From NCBI RefSeq assembly GCF_963921235.1, contig NC_086097.1, forward strand, positions 25,918,001 to 25,982,000: a stretch of 64,000 bases of DNA, written 5' to 3'. The DNA is from Mobula hypostoma. Lineage: Eukaryota. Below, piece by piece: positions 49,301 to 59,390 of the stretch. The stretch's first letter is position 1, and every line of letters starts with the position of its first letter. The position numbers and the translations under genes were made by a program. The notes under the pieces were generated by a model. It made no database searches. It saw only the letters and a program-made list of their open reading frames with translations, and was not told the origin of the DNA.

Positions 49301-51895
49301 ATATTTTTTTACTAAGGGCATCCATCACTGCAGGACTTATGCGTACACAGGACAAAGCAGCTGGCAGGAAAAATCATTGGACACTACCTGCTCAGCAAAC
49401 TGCCTTTTCCAAAAGCTGCCTTCTGGAAACCAGTGTAGGGCTATCAAAACAAAAACTTCATTTCATCTTAAATTTCTTCCCCCAGTTAATCTGATCAACC
49501 ACTGTAGTTGCTCCCCATACCCCTCCATCTATTACCTCAGCCACTGCACTAAAAACACTTCAAAACCACTTTTTATAATGCATGTATTTATCCACATTTT
49601 ATTGCACATCCATACTTTAATTTCTAATTTTATTTTTATAATTGTTGAATGAAGTTTTTGTTGCATGCAGCCAACACACCACAGCAAATTCCTAACACTG
49701 GCAAATACAGTTGATTCTTGATCCAAGAATATGAAGTAGGAGAGAGATAAAAGAAAAAGCATAATAACCTAATTCAATGGTGGAACAAACTAAGGAACTT
49801 AGTGATGTACTTATTTCTTCAGTGTTTGGAGCACACACACCGTTTCCTCGATGCAAGCTGCCTGATCTGTTCAGGAGTACCAGAATTTTCTGTTTTAATT
49901 GCAAAACAAATTTATGTTCCCAATGTGCCAAGATGTTAGAGCACCATGAAAATGATGGTTCATAATATGAGCAAGTGACACCACAAGTTTAACCAGTGGG
50001 GCCAAGTGACATCAATAACCAGCTGGAGAGGTGTTAAAATGACAAAACATGCAACAACTATATTTCAGTGTTACACAGCCATTTGGGCAAACAAGATCCT
50101 GATTCTCACCAGCAAGTGGAGTTCAGCAACAGAATTCTGCAACTTCACCATTGCAAATCAAAGTGTGAACATTCAGCCCATTGAGATTCTGCTAGCATTT
50201 TGGAAAAAATAACTAATCGTGATTCTACTCTCCTGCCCTTCACTGTGGTGGCAAAGTCGTTTTCCCGTGAAGTAGTAATCTGTGCTAATACAGTTGCAAT
50301 GATTAATTTGAAACATACTCTCCTGCCCTTTAAGTGGCTGGCAAAATCCCCCTTTACCCCCTTGAAGTAGCAACTTTACTAGCAGAGTGCAAGAATTAAT
50401 TTGAAACCATCTCCAATTAGACAACAAAATGTTATGCTTGGGTATACTTATTTTTAAAAAAATAATTACTCGAGGGAAGAAATGTTTCGAGTTTGCAGTG
50501 TATTTTCACACATTGAAAGCCAGAGCATGGTGACCCCGTGGGAATACACTGACAGCCATTAAGAAAGGGAGAAAAAAAAGGGAATGAAGAAGTGCGCAAA
50601 TGAAAAATAAAGGGCTCCCAATTAGAAGGCGCGCTGGTTAAGCGGGAGACAAGTTAATGAGGATGGTTCGGTGGCCTGCGTGTGCCTGCCTTTATAAGCA
50701 AGCGACCGCTCTCCCCGTGACGTAGGGCCGGAGGTACAGCCCAGTCAGGCGGCGGCGGCTATAATTGAGGCGGCGGGCGGAGCAGGAGCCAGGCCTCCAC
50801 CGCCCTTGTCCCCGAGCGCAGAGGCTGTGGGCAGTACCGTGAATGGAAAGACACCGGCCTCGCAACGTTGCAGGACCCTCCCTCCCCCTCGATATTTTCC
50901 TCCGTTGCTCTCATTTACCCTCCTGCATCGGTCCCTTTCCCCTCTACGCCGTGCAGCCAGCCACAAACAAAATGGCTCGCCCTCAGCCTCATCTCCTCTG
51001 CCTGTATACCGCCAGTGAGCCCTCCAGGAACAGTGTCTGTTGGTGTTTGGGCTTCATTCCGTTTTTATATCGCATATCTATCTCTCTTCCCCCCCCCCCA
51101 ATAATAACGTGCAAATCTAAAAAAAAACACCAAATCCAAGATTTTCTTGGCTTATTCCCATTAAGATTTCAGCTCCCTCCCTCAGAGAGAAAAGAAATCC
51201 CTGGTTCAACCACCTTTCATCTAAAGGCCCGAGTAAGAATGTATTTAAGCAAGACTCCCAACTTTTGTTTTGCTGAATCACCCAATAAGAGAAACACATT
51301 TTAAATATAAAACGGGAAATGATTAAGTAAGTGGGTGAAGTGCTTTTCTTATCCTTGCTCCAGTTAATTAAAAAAAATCAGAAGTTGAAGTGAAAATTTT
51401 CCCTCCAACCCAGGAGAAAACAAAACATATACCCAGAGTGGAAATTTGCTTTTACTCTTGTTGCTCTGAAGCTTTTACTCCAGCCACACGAAACCCACGC
51501 ACTTTTGCTGCGGGCCATCTTAATTCTGGTGCTTGCTCTAGTTAACTTATTTTGGAGAGGTGATAAAGGAGTACAAAAAAAGTTATTAAAATCATAAAAT
51601 ATTTTCCAGTCGTATTTTAAACCACAAAGTTGCAGGGATTTCCTTGGGTGGCGATTATCTTCAGCAACAGACAAACGACACCATTTTTTAAAAATGTTTT
51701 TTTTTAAAAACTGTCTTATAAACACCCAGGTTGCGAGGGAGACGAAAGGAGAAATTTGATTATATGCACTCTTCAAAAAAGATATAAAATGGTTCCCATC
51801 TTAAAGTCTCTTTTATTTCGGAGGATAAAAAAACAACCACACTCACACACAAAAAAAAATCTTACCACCGGGTTTGAGTTGGCCGAACTCGCCAT
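1246..51895 (-). CDS. GTF2A1: General transcription factor IIA subunit 1 (TFIIA alpha/beta precursor), 3'-partial; join of complement(51866..51895, 23611..23712, 17910..18114, 10474..10532, 8593..8683, 7477..7625, 6849..6953, 5056..5304, 1246..1335)
   Basis: Manual splicing gives an open 360-aa frame [65 protein letters not shown]...[13 protein letters not shown]...[30 protein letters not shown], matching vertebrate TFIIA alpha/beta. All introns are GT-AG with compatible phases. The terminal exon (IHRSKNKWKF...) was not found in 1-1245, so it should lie outside the window. Confidence 0.97.
2765..3312 (+). mobile_element. Tc1-derived non-autonomous DNA transposon
   Basis: TIRs cactcagtggccactttattag flanked by TA; internal Tc1 HTH remnant ([13 protein letters not shown]). 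Confidence 0.8.
4250..4372 (-). mobile_element. V-SINE (HE1-like) fragment
   Basis: Reverse complement of the V-domain aggagtttgtatgttctcc..gtgactgc..ggtttcctc..ggtgct..agtttcctccca. Confidence 0.6.
4515..4935 (-). mobile_element. Older Penelope-derived repeat copy
   Basis: Same ctgcagatgctggaaat...cccttcatcaagactgg...purine-rich body as the 40539-40987 family; degenerate hammerhead core. Confidence 0.6.
5056..5304 (-). CDS. GTF2A1: GTF2A1 coding exon 8 (polyQ, Taspase-1 site QVDG, acidic tract)
   Basis: 249 nt, acceptor tttatag, donor gtaatg; encodes [27 protein letters not shown]...GEDGQVEE. Confidence 0.96.
5400..5820 (+). mobile_element. CR1 3' end fragment
   Basis: accagagggcacagcctcagaata...aatttctttagccagag...3' UTR. 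Confidence 0.75.
6849..6953 (-). CDS. GTF2A1: GTF2A1 coding exon 7 ([35 protein letters not shown])
   Basis: 105 nt, acceptor ctctatatag, donor gtatac; resembles human [28 protein letters not shown]. Confidence 0.92.
7477..7625 (-). CDS. GTF2A1: GTF2A1 coding exon 6 ([19 protein letters not shown]...QAPVIQQ)
   Basis: 149 nt, acceptor ctccccag, donor gttcgt; resembles human GQLLQVVRAANGAQYIFQP...QAPVIQQ. Confidence 0.93.
8593..8683 (-). CDS. GTF2A1: GTF2A1 coding exon 5 ([30 protein letters not shown])
   Basis: 91 nt, acceptor ttttgcag, donor gtaaca; resembles human [15 protein letters not shown]. Confidence 0.93.
9024..9393. mobile_element. Mariner-like MITE remnant with an internal inverted repeat
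   Basis: TA followed by cgaggggtgattgataagtttgtggcctaaggtagaagg; motif repeated at about 9183 and inverted at about 9302-9340. Confidence 0.55.
9400..9765 (+). mobile_element. CR1 ORF1 C-terminal fragment
   Basis: [37 protein letters not shown], homologous to ORF 35025..35441. Confidence 0.8.
10474..10532 (-). CDS. GTF2A1: GTF2A1 coding exon 4 ([20 protein letters not shown])
   Basis: 59 nt, acceptor cag, donor gtaag; resembles human APQVIVPDSKLIQHMNASNM. Confidence 0.92.
10598..11390. mobile_element. pogo/Tigger-like non-autonomous DNA transposon
   Basis: Left end cagtggattccagttaattggg; degenerate inverted right end cccaaattgac...atccaccg followed by ta. Confidence 0.45.
11400..11714 (-). 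mobile_element. tRNA-derived CORE-type SINE
   Basis: A box TGGCCAAGTGG, B box AGTTCGAGCC, CORE-like gtgtccttgagcaaggcacttaacc, A-rich tail. Confidence 0.75.
12545..15980 (+). mobile_element. CR1-clade LINE, 5'-truncated and disrupted (ORF1 SGNH esterase; ORF2 APE endonuclease + reverse transcriptase)
   Basis: [16 protein letters not shown] esterase motifs; DVVAISETW and GSSDHN endonuclease motifs; [25 protein letters not shown] and YADD RT motifs; (ttatatgg)-type tail; frameshifts and stops. Confidence 0.93.
16275..17300 (+). mobile_element. Degenerate CR1 3' fragment
   Basis: [15 protein letters not shown] and [10 protein letters not shown]...[10 protein letters not shown] remnants, CR1-type 3' UTR. 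Confidence 0.85.
17910..18114 (-). CDS. GTF2A1: GTF2A1 coding exon 3 ([21 protein letters not shown], polyQ/H tract, VLTIPANS)
   Basis: 205 nt, acceptor tttcag, donor gtaagt; in frame with ORF 17785..18096. Confidence 0.96.
21513..21764 (+). mobile_element. tRNA-derived SINE (copy A)
   Basis: A box TGGCGCAGTG, B box GAGTTCAAATCC, polyA tail, TSD acactgcaa at 21504-21512 and 21765-21773. Confidence 0.8.
21890..22510 (-). mobile_element. Degenerate Penelope-like element fragment
   Basis: Remnant GIY-YIG-like peptide [14 protein letters not shown] in ORF 22291..22491, plus the family terminal sequence near 21900-21970. Confidence 0.4.
22684..22902 (-). mobile_element. tRNA-derived SINE (copy B) with (TTC)n tail
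   Basis: Same head as copy A; TSD aaggtattaagt at 22672-22683 and 22903-22914. Confidence 0.8.
23611..23712 (-). CDS. GTF2A1: GTF2A1 coding exon 2 ([34 protein letters not shown])
   Basis: 102 nt, acceptor ttctttag, donor gtaggt; conserved N-terminal helical region of TFIIA alpha. Confidence 0.97.
25745..27130. mobile_element. Cluster of degenerate CR1 fragments in both orientations
   Basis: Minus strand [18 protein letters not shown]...GITESWL (APE start) joined to a 3' end; plus-strand 3' end from about 26690. Confidence 0.7.
28280..29380. mobile_element. Degenerate CR1 fragments
   Basis: [32 protein letters not shown] remnant (minus) and a plus-strand 3' end. Confidence 0.65.
30702..31233 (-). 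mobile_element. tRNA-derived SINE (copy C) containing an expanded CT-rich tract
   Basis: Same head as copies A and B; polyA tail; TSD tctacacaaactt at 30689-30701 and 31234-31246. Confidence 0.75.
30768..31038 (+). repeat. Pure-purine (G4-7 AGA)n simple repeat
   Basis: About 270 bp containing only G and A on the plus strand. Confidence 0.95.
33803..33958 (+). mobile_element. 156-bp Penelope-derived insertion nested in CR1 ORF2
   Basis: 14-bp TSD gttattgaagatcc at 33789-33802 and 33959-33972; nearly identical to 40855-40987. Confidence 0.8.
33823..33858 (+). ncRNA. Minimal hammerhead ribozyme motif (stem III CG>CA)
   Basis: AGTC-CTGACGA-AGGGTCTCGGCCT-GAAA-CA-TC-GACT. Confidence 0.65.
36135..36473. 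repeat. Two tandem monomers of about 168 bp at the CR1 5' end
   Basis: ccttttaaatcttc...aatcaggatttgtgt repeated from 36135 and from 36303. Confidence 0.9.
37420..39150 (+). mobile_element. Rex1/Babar-clade LINE, 5'-truncated and frameshifted
   Basis: [53 protein letters not shown] and C-terminal [28 protein letters not shown] motifs. Confidence 0.85.
40539..40987 (+). mobile_element. Penelope-like element 3' fragment (ORF end, 3' region, hammerhead) nested in a Tc1 derivative
   Basis: Begins with ORF tail [13 protein letters not shown] (40540-40581; PxGxN end motif of PLE GIY-YIG proteins); 12-bp TSD ttgaccatgtct at 40527-40538 and 40988-40999. Confidence 0.75.
40856..40891 (+). ncRNA. Minimal type I hammerhead ribozyme motif in a Penelope-like element end
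   Basis: AGTC-CTGACGA-AGGGTCTCGGCCT-GAAA-CG-TC-GACT: stem I AGTC/GACT, intact CUGANGA and GAAA core, stem II AGG/CCT, palindromic ACGT stem III, UC cleavage site. Confidence 0.75.
41362..41507. mobile_element. Fold-back (inverted) Penelope-derived mini-element
   Basis: Arms of about 49 bp at 41399-41447 and 41460-41509 are near-perfect inverted repeats; 16-bp TSD agaaaagcttttaaga at 41346-41361 and 41508-41523. Confidence 0.75.
41871..44514 (-). mobile_element. Young 5'-truncated CR1 LINE with an 817-aa uninterrupted ORF2 segment
   Basis: ORF 42058..44511: C-terminal half of APE (GDFNL, SDHN), RT (FADD), CR1 C-terminus; (ctatgttt)n tail; one frameshift near the C-terminus. Confidence 0.95.
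45940..46500 (-). mobile_element. CR1 3' fragment
   Basis: Same 3' end sequence as 630-935 and 25745-26240. Confidence 0.7.
50590..51020. promoter_or_regulatory. Second CpG-rich promoter/enhancer-like island in intron 1
   Basis: CpG-dense; minus-strand TATAAAGG at 50689-50696, CRE-like TGACGTA at 50718-50724, GC boxes at about 50748-50780, YY1-like AAAATGGC near 50970. Confidence 0.6.
51866..51895 (-). CDS. GTF2A1: GTF2A1 coding exon 1 ([10 protein letters not shown])
   Basis: ATG GCG AGT TCG GCC AAC TCA AAC CCG GTG followed by donor gtaag; lies in a CpG island; resembles human MANSANTNTV. Confidence 0.93.
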
Positions 51896-52260
51896 GTGGA
51901 TACGGATGAGAATTTAAATGAATTATCCAGGTGAGGTGCGGCTTTTGTTTTTGGAAAAAAGGGCGATTGCTAAGAAAAAAATAAACAGAAATAGGCAGCT
52001 GCCTGGAGCGGGCTTCGGAAAGCCGTCCGTCCTCTTCCAGCGAGCGCTTATATACTGCCGAATGGAGCTTCAATTGCCGCTATAGGGAGGGTCGCGCAAA
52101 TGAGGCGTTGCGTCAGCGACTCCCTCCTCCCCGACACCCACACCGCTCTCGCGAGAGGGAGACATCCGGGTGCCGCACTTGGCCGCCGAGCTTGTTGAGA
52201 ATTGTAGTCCGCCACGTCGCGCTCACTGCGCATGTGCCCCCGGGAGGCGGGGTGCATTAA
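51896..52260 (-). promoter_or_regulatory. GTF2A1 CpG-island promoter and 5' UTR
   Basis: CpG-rich stretch directly upstream of the ATG. Minus-strand TATATAAG at 52047-52054; palindrome TCTCGCGAGA (BANP/CGCG element) at 52147-52156; ZNF143/THAP11-type GGACTACAATTCTCAACAAGC at about 52190-52210 (minus); NRF1-like TGCGCATGTGC at 52227-52237. No upstream ATG between 51896 and 52020. Confidence 0.85.
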
Positions 52261-52769
52261 TTGCTTGAGGGGTTCAGATTTACGTTCATTTATTTTTGTT
52301 TGCACGATTAAATGAGGGTGAAGTTGCATTTGCTACAGTGTTTTTTTCCCCTCATACTTTCAAGACGTCCTGAAGCACCTTACAATGAATGTGCTGATTG
52401 TGATTTTTTTTTAAAAACTGCAAACGACGGGTAATCTTAAATAAAAAGTTAAAATAATAATCCACATTGTTAATAATAAATCTGAATAATAAATCTTAAT
52501 AATAAATCTGCCTGGTTGTTTGCACTATTATTCCTGCAAACAATAGTGTGGTCACAACACAAGGTGCTGTAGCAACTCTGCAGGTCAGGCAGCTTCTATG
52601 AAGAAATGCCGGCTGTCCTTTTCCCTCCATAGATGCTGCCTGACCTGCTGAGTTCTTCCAGTATCTTGGGTCTGGCTTCAGATTCCAGCAGTCCTTTCTA
52701 TTTTGGTAATGTGGTCACGACCAAATAACCCAAGTAATCACAAGCTGTGCCTGAGAACTAACAAAGTGC

Positions 52770-55700
52770 ATCATGTTGTGTGAGCTGCCTTTGAGTTTTT
52801 TCGTGCACCCAGCTCCCTGGGCGATGCGAGTCTACACTGGACTCCGCCCAAAATATCACAAGCCCACCCTCCCCGCCATTTGTAGTATCTACAGGAGATG
52901 CTTCCTCAAGGAGGTGACATTCACCAAAGATCCGCACTATCCAGGCCATGCCATCTTCTTGCAGCCATCAGCAAGCAGGAGGTACAGAAACCCCAGTTTC
53001 CACACCAATAACAGCTACTTCAAATCCTGAACCAACTGGCACAACCCTAATCACCACCTCAGTATAGCAACACTATGACCACATTGCACTGAAAGAACTT
53101 CTTTTACTCTAATTGTCTTTACTTGTAAAAATTGTGATTCATTTAAGTTTTTCTTGTGAGTGCTGTTTATTTGATGCTGCATGCCTGTGACGATACCGCA
53201 AGTAAGTTTTCCCATGGCAACTGTGCATACATGTACTTGTATACATGACAATAAACTTGACTTTGACATTAACTTCACATGACAGCAATACAGTAAAATA
53301 CATAGTTATTAAAGCTGCGATAAATATATTAAAAAATAAATAAATAGTGCAGAAAGAAAGCAAAATAGTCAGATAGTGTCCACGGACCGTTCAAAAATCT
53401 GATGGCAGAGGGGAAGAAGTTGTTCCTATAACACTGAGTGTGCATCTTCAGGCTCCTATACCTCCTGCTGGATGGTAGTAATAAGAAGAGGGACTGTCCT
53501 CGATGGCAAGAGTCTTTAGGGATTGATGCCACCCTTTTGAGGCAGATCCTTTTGAAGACGTCTTCGATGGTAGGAAGGGTTGCGCCCATCGTGAGTTGGT
53601 TCAGTCTACACCCCTCTGTGGTATCTGGCAATCCTACCAGTGATGCCTCCAGTCAGAAAGCTCTCTACTGTACATCTACATAAAGATATTTGCCAGTCTT
53701 TGGTAACAAACCAAATCTCCTCATGCAATATAGCCCCTGGTGTGCCTTCTTCAATGATTGCATCAATATGTTGGGCCCAGAATAGATCGCCTGAGATGCT
53801 GGCACCCAGGAAGCTGAAGCTGCTCACCCTTTCCACTGCTGCTCTGGTTTGTGTTCTTCTGACTTTCTCTTCTTGAAGTCCGCATTCAATTCCTTGATCT
53901 TGCCGATGCTGAATGCAAGGTTGTTGTTGTGAAACCACTCAAACAGTTCAAGTTCAAATTCAAATTCAAGTTCCGTTTACTGTCATTCAACTGTATACAT
54001 GAATACCACCAAACAAAACAAGGTTCCTCTGGACCAAGTGCACAATACAATACATACAACTCCCACACACAACTCATGAGTAATACCACCACAAATGAAT
54101 TAACAAGTAATAAAGGGCATTTATGAGTCAAGTTAAAAAGTAAACAGTATAACGCTTCATACATGAGATACCAGGGTGGTGGCAGGGAGTTCAATAGTCT
54201 CACGGCCTGGGGGAAGGGGGGGGAGGGCAGGGGGTGGCTGGGAAGAAGCTGTTCTTGTCCTAATGTTATGATACCTCCTGCCTGATGGTAGGGGTCTAAG
54301 AGATTGTTGGATGGATGGGAGGGATCATTGACAAAGCTAAGGGTCCTGCATACACTGTACGCTGTACTCCAGATAAATATCTCTGATGGGTGGAAGAGAC
54401 ACCCCATTCTGCCCCCCCCCAACAAATAATCCTCTCAGCAGTCCTCACAACCCTTTGTGTGGTTTTGTGGTCAGATGCCTTGCAGTCCCATACCAGACAG
54501 TGATGCAGCTGGTCAGGACACCCTCAATGCTCCTCCTGCAAAAATTGCTTAGAGTGGAGGCGGGGGGCGGGTGCGGTGCTCACTATCTTCAAGAAGATGA
54601 AAGGTTACTGTGTTTTCTTGACCAAAGATGTGGTGTCAAGAGACCAGGTGAGATTATCCATTACGTGCACTTGCAGAAACTTGGTGCTCCTAATTCTCTA
54701 CAAGGAGGAGTGTGTTTGTGCAATGGGGGGGGGGTGGTCAGCCTGCATCTTCAAGTCCACAGTCACCCCTTCAGTCTTGTTCACATTGAGACTCAAGTTG
54801 TTGTGCTTGCACCGTTCTACCATCTGCTTTACTTCCTCTCTGTACGCCGTCTCATCAGTGTTGTTGGTAAGGCCAACCACTGTCATCGGCAAACTTGATG
54901 ATTTGGTTTGAGCCAAATCTGGCCGTCCAGTTGTGCATCAGCACCGTGAACAGCAGTGGGCTGCGTGCACAGCCCCTGGGGCACCAGTGCTCAGTGTGAT
55001 GGAGCTAGAGATGTCCCTCAGCCAATCTGCCTCACTCCTGTACACCTCAGCATCTCTAATTGCCCTTTGCCAACTGAGTGGCTGTGTTGACCATTTCAGA
55101 TTCAACCACCTCCTTCTCCGCCTTGCAGAATGGTAATGACTACATGGGTTTATACAACTGTAAGCATGCACCAGTCTTTCCCTTTCTCCCATGGTCCACT
55201 CTCTTCTCCTGCCAGATTCCTTCTTCTTCAGCCCTTTACTTTTCCCACCTATCACCATGCAGTGTCTCATTTTATTCCCCCACCTCCCCGGGTCACCCAC
55301 CTTCCCCTCCACCTGGTCTCACCTATCACCTGCCAACTTATACTCCATCCTTCCCATCCCACCTTCCTATTCTGGCTTCTACCCTATTCCTTTCCAGTCT
55401 AGGTGAAAGTCTCAGACTGAAACATCAACTGTTCATTTCCCTCCATAGATGCTGCCTGACCTTGTTGACTTCCTAAAGCATTTTGTGTGTTATATATGAT
55501 AGTCATTGTTAAGACTAGTTACATATATAAATGCCAAACTACTCCCAATTTTAAAAAAACCACTACAGCTGTGGTGGGGTTTGAACTGCAGTTTCTAGAT
55601 TGTTCCTCCTGGCCGCTGGATTACTATTTAAGTAATTTAACCGTTGTGTGCAAGCACTCTTCAATGGGACATCTTCCATTTTGTTCAGCGCTAGCTCAGG

Positions 55701-56210
55701 TGGGCACCTTGGTTAGCAAGTGAAGTGTATTAATATTAATTATTGTAAGGTACGGAACAGATTAACCAGTGACACAGAATACGATGTGGCCGGGAGTTCA
55801 GAAGCCTAATGGCCTGGGGGAAGAAACTGTTTCTCATTCTGACCGTTCTTGGTTTTGTGCATCGTAGTCTCCTGCCTGATGATAGAGAGTCAGAGAGGAT
55901 ACTGGATGGATGGGTGGGATCCTTAATAATACTAAGGGCCCTGCGTACGCAGCGCTCCTGATAAATGTCCCCAGTGGGTAGTAGGGAGACCCCTATGATC
56001 CTCCCAGCTGTTCTCAGTCCTTTGTGGGGCCTTCTGGTCCAATGCTCAACTGCTCCCATACCAGATGGAGATGCAACTTGTCGGGATGCTCTCAGTGGTG
56101 CTGGAAGGAGGTGGGGGGGGGGGGGTCTTGCTTCTTAGGAAGTGGAGGTGCTGCTGTGCCTTCTTGTTCAGGGAGGTGATATTAAGGGACCAGGTGAAGA
56201 CATCCATGAT
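52770..56210. mobile_element. Cluster of degenerate Rex1/Babar 3' fragments (mostly minus) with Penelope remnants
   Basis: Repeated IIKDPx[24 protein letters not shown] and ETAYREEV..NNLSLNVNKT peptides. Confidence 0.7.
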
Positions 56211-56519
56211 GAGATTATCGAAGCATGTATACGTTACCTTACCCTGGAGATTCATTTTCTTGTGGGTATTCAAAGGAGACCTTTCTTTTCTGCCTCCCTG
56301 ATTCACTCTTCCCTCTCCGGCAACATCAACTCCCTCCTCTCACGGTGCTTTCCCAAACAACCACAGGGGATGCGACACCCGCCATTTTGTCTCCTCCCTC
56401 CATCGGGTGACGCAGTGATTCACCTGCACTTCTTGTGCATGGCACCACGTTATGTGCCCGTATCCTGTCAGCACAGTGCCCTACAACATCCACTCAAATT
56501 ATCTACGTCAGAGTGCTCA

Positions 56520-56660
56520 GTGGAGCGGCGGTTGGCGTAACGCTGTTACAGCACCAGCGACCCAGGTTCAATCCCCCCATTGTCCGTAAGGAGTTTGTAC
56601 ATTCTCCCCATGAACCTGTGGGTATCCTCTGAGTGCTCCAGTTTGCCCCCAAATTCCAAC
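56520..56660 (+). mobile_element. V-SINE (HE1-like) 5' part
   Basis: tRNA-like head (B box ggttcaatcc) followed by V-domain gtaaggagtttgtacattctcccc. Confidence 0.6.
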
Positions 56661-58064
56661 CCCGCTTGACGAGGTAGAAAACCAGCATTCACATTGATGC
56701 TGCATATCCTATGTGTTGGAGAAAGCAGTATTCAGTTTAAAAACTGAAGTTGCATTTATGGAATTTCTCATAAATCATCAGGTGACATTTCGAGGAATAA
56801 CATTCTATGGCATGCAGTGTTTATTTAGACGAGGAAGATATTGATCAAATCTGGTAACACCTTCAATACTCACAAACACAAGAGATTCAGCAGATGCTGG
56901 AAGTCTTGACCAACGCATTCAAAAAGCTGGAGGATCTAGGTAAGTCAGGCAGTATATATGGGGAGGGGTCCTGATGAAGGGTCTCAGCCCAAAACATAGA
57001 TTGTTTATCACCGCCATGCTGCCCAACTTACCTAGATTCTTCAGCATTTTCTATGTTGCTCAACTCAATTACTTTTGAGGAGGAATTTCTTTAGCCGGAG
57101 GTTGGTGAATCTGTGAAATTCATTGTCACAGACAACTGTGGGGGCCAAGTCACTGGGTATTTTTAAAAGCAGAAGTTGATAGGCAAGGGTATCAAAGCTT
57201 ACAAGGGAGAAGGCTAGAAAATAGGGTTGAGAAGGATAAGAAATCAGTCATGGTGGAATGGCACAACAGATTCGATGAACCAAATGGCCTGATTCTGTTC
57301 CTATGTCTTGTAGTCTTATTACTGTACTGGTAATCCCGATGAAGGGTTTCAGCCTGAAATGTTGATATTTCCTTACCTACATCTCTCTCCACACCCCCCC
57401 CCACCCCCCACAACATCTCCGCAGATACTGTTCAACTTACTGAGTTCCTCCAGCAGGTTGCTTGTCGTTCCAGATTCTAACGTCTGCAGACTCCAGCACT
57501 GGTATTGTCAGGTCCCCGCTCATCTCTCTCCAGCTTCCGTCTCACCTTAAACACAAGAGACTCTGCAGACGCCGGCGATCCAGAACAACACACACAGAAT
57601 GCTGGGGGAACTCTGCAGGTCAGGCAGCATCTGTGCAGAGGAATGAACAGTCGACATTTTGGGCCAAGGCCTATCATTAGGATGGGATAGGAAGGGGAAA
57701 GAAGCCAGAATATCTCCACCCCCAACCCCCCAAACCGGCTCTGGTTCTTGTCTACTCGACCTATCACCCACCTGGTTCTGTCTCTTTACTCGATTCGTCC
57801 CACTCCCCCAGGTGACACAAGTCAAATCAAGGGTTTATTGGCATGTGTACAAGAGCAGTGAGGCACAGATACATGAAAACCTGCTTATTGCAGCATCACA
57901 GTCACATGGGTTCACACCGAATACAAATTAATCATAAATAATTGAAGTCTGCCTAGCCCCCTTTGCCTCTTCCTGTCCATCTACTGGCCCCTATCGCACC
58001 CCTCCCATTACACCATCTTTATACCAGCTGTCTTCCCAACTCATCACTGACTTTGCTTTAGGCC

Positions 58065-58565
58065 CCATGGCCAAGAAAGGATGTGCTAGCATTGGAGAGG
58101 GTCCAGAGGAGGTTCACAGGGATGAACCCAGGAGTGAGAAGTTTTACATATGAGCAGTGTTTGATGGCTCAGGGCCTGTACTTGCTGGGGTTCAGAAGAA
58201 TGGAAGGGAGAGGGGGCGATCTCATTGAAACCTATTGAATATTGAAAGGCCAAGCTAGAGTGTACATGCAAAGGATGTTTCCTGTAGTCTACGACCAAGG
58301 TAGAAGGATGCCCCTACAGAACAGCGATGAAGAGGAATTTCTTTAGCCAGAGGGTGATGAATCTGTGGAATTCATTGCCACAGCCAGCATTGGGTATATT
58401 TAAAACAGAGGTTGATAGCTTCTTGATTAGCTAGGGTGTCAAAGATTACAGAGAGAAGGTAGGTTACAGGGAGGTTGAGAGAGAAAATAAACCAGTCATG
58501 AATGAAAGGCACAGCAGAGTCAATGGGCCGAATGGCCTAACTCTATTCCTATGTGTTATTGTCCT
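58065..58565 (+). mobile_element. CR1 3' fragment
   Basis: gagagggtccagaggaggttcac...aatttctttagccagagggtg. Confidence 0.7.
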
Positions 58566-58929
58566 CATGTTTTTCCACCTTTTTCCTAGAGCAATGATTC
58601 AGACAGAGGCAAGTTCCTGGACAGTCTGTCACAGACAAACTAAAACATTCTAAGGCGCCCTCGATCAGCATTGTTAATATTAATGCACAGTTACAAGTCA
58701 AAAGTCAAAAATTCAGGGTTATTGCCAGATCCATAATTACAACTACATAACTACTGAATGGTCCTCTAGTATGATAAGACAGAATCTTGGCTTCACAATC
58801 CATCTCATCACCACCTTGCACCTTATTGTCTGCCTGCACTGCACTTTGTGTTTCTCTGTAAATACAACACTGTAATACTTTGTAAGCCCTACACTTTCCA
58901 AGGAGATTGAGACCTGCATGACTCCCCTC

Positions 58930-59390
58930 TCCGTTCAAACTGGAGCACCATCGAGGGTGACCTGTCTGGCTGCATCATTGTGTGGTATGGAAGCCACAAG
59001 ACCCTGCAGAGGATCACCGGCGTCTCCCTCCTCCCTTTTTGTGACACTTACCGGGGGCGCTGTAAACAAAAGGACTTGAAGCATTGTTAAGAATTCCTAC
59101 CACTCATCCCACAATGTCAGGAAGGAGGTACAGAAGTATCAAGACTAGGACTGCCAGACTGAGTAACAGCTTCTTCCCTCAGGCTGTGAGACTAATGAGG
59201 ACCCTGCCACCACTGAGGTCTCAAACTAGGTCAGGGAGCTGTTTACTGTCATCTGTGCTGGGCACTACATGCACTTCGTCATATATTTTATTAACTTTTT
59301 TGGTAATATTTTGTTCTATATGCTGCGTGTGATATACATTTTGTAAATGCAATGTGGTCCAGAGGTACGTTGTTTCATTTGGTTTTCAGT
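58930..59390 (+). mobile_element. Rex1/Babar 3' fragment
   Basis: SGRRYRSIKTRTARLSNSFFPQAVRLM. Confidence 0.65.
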
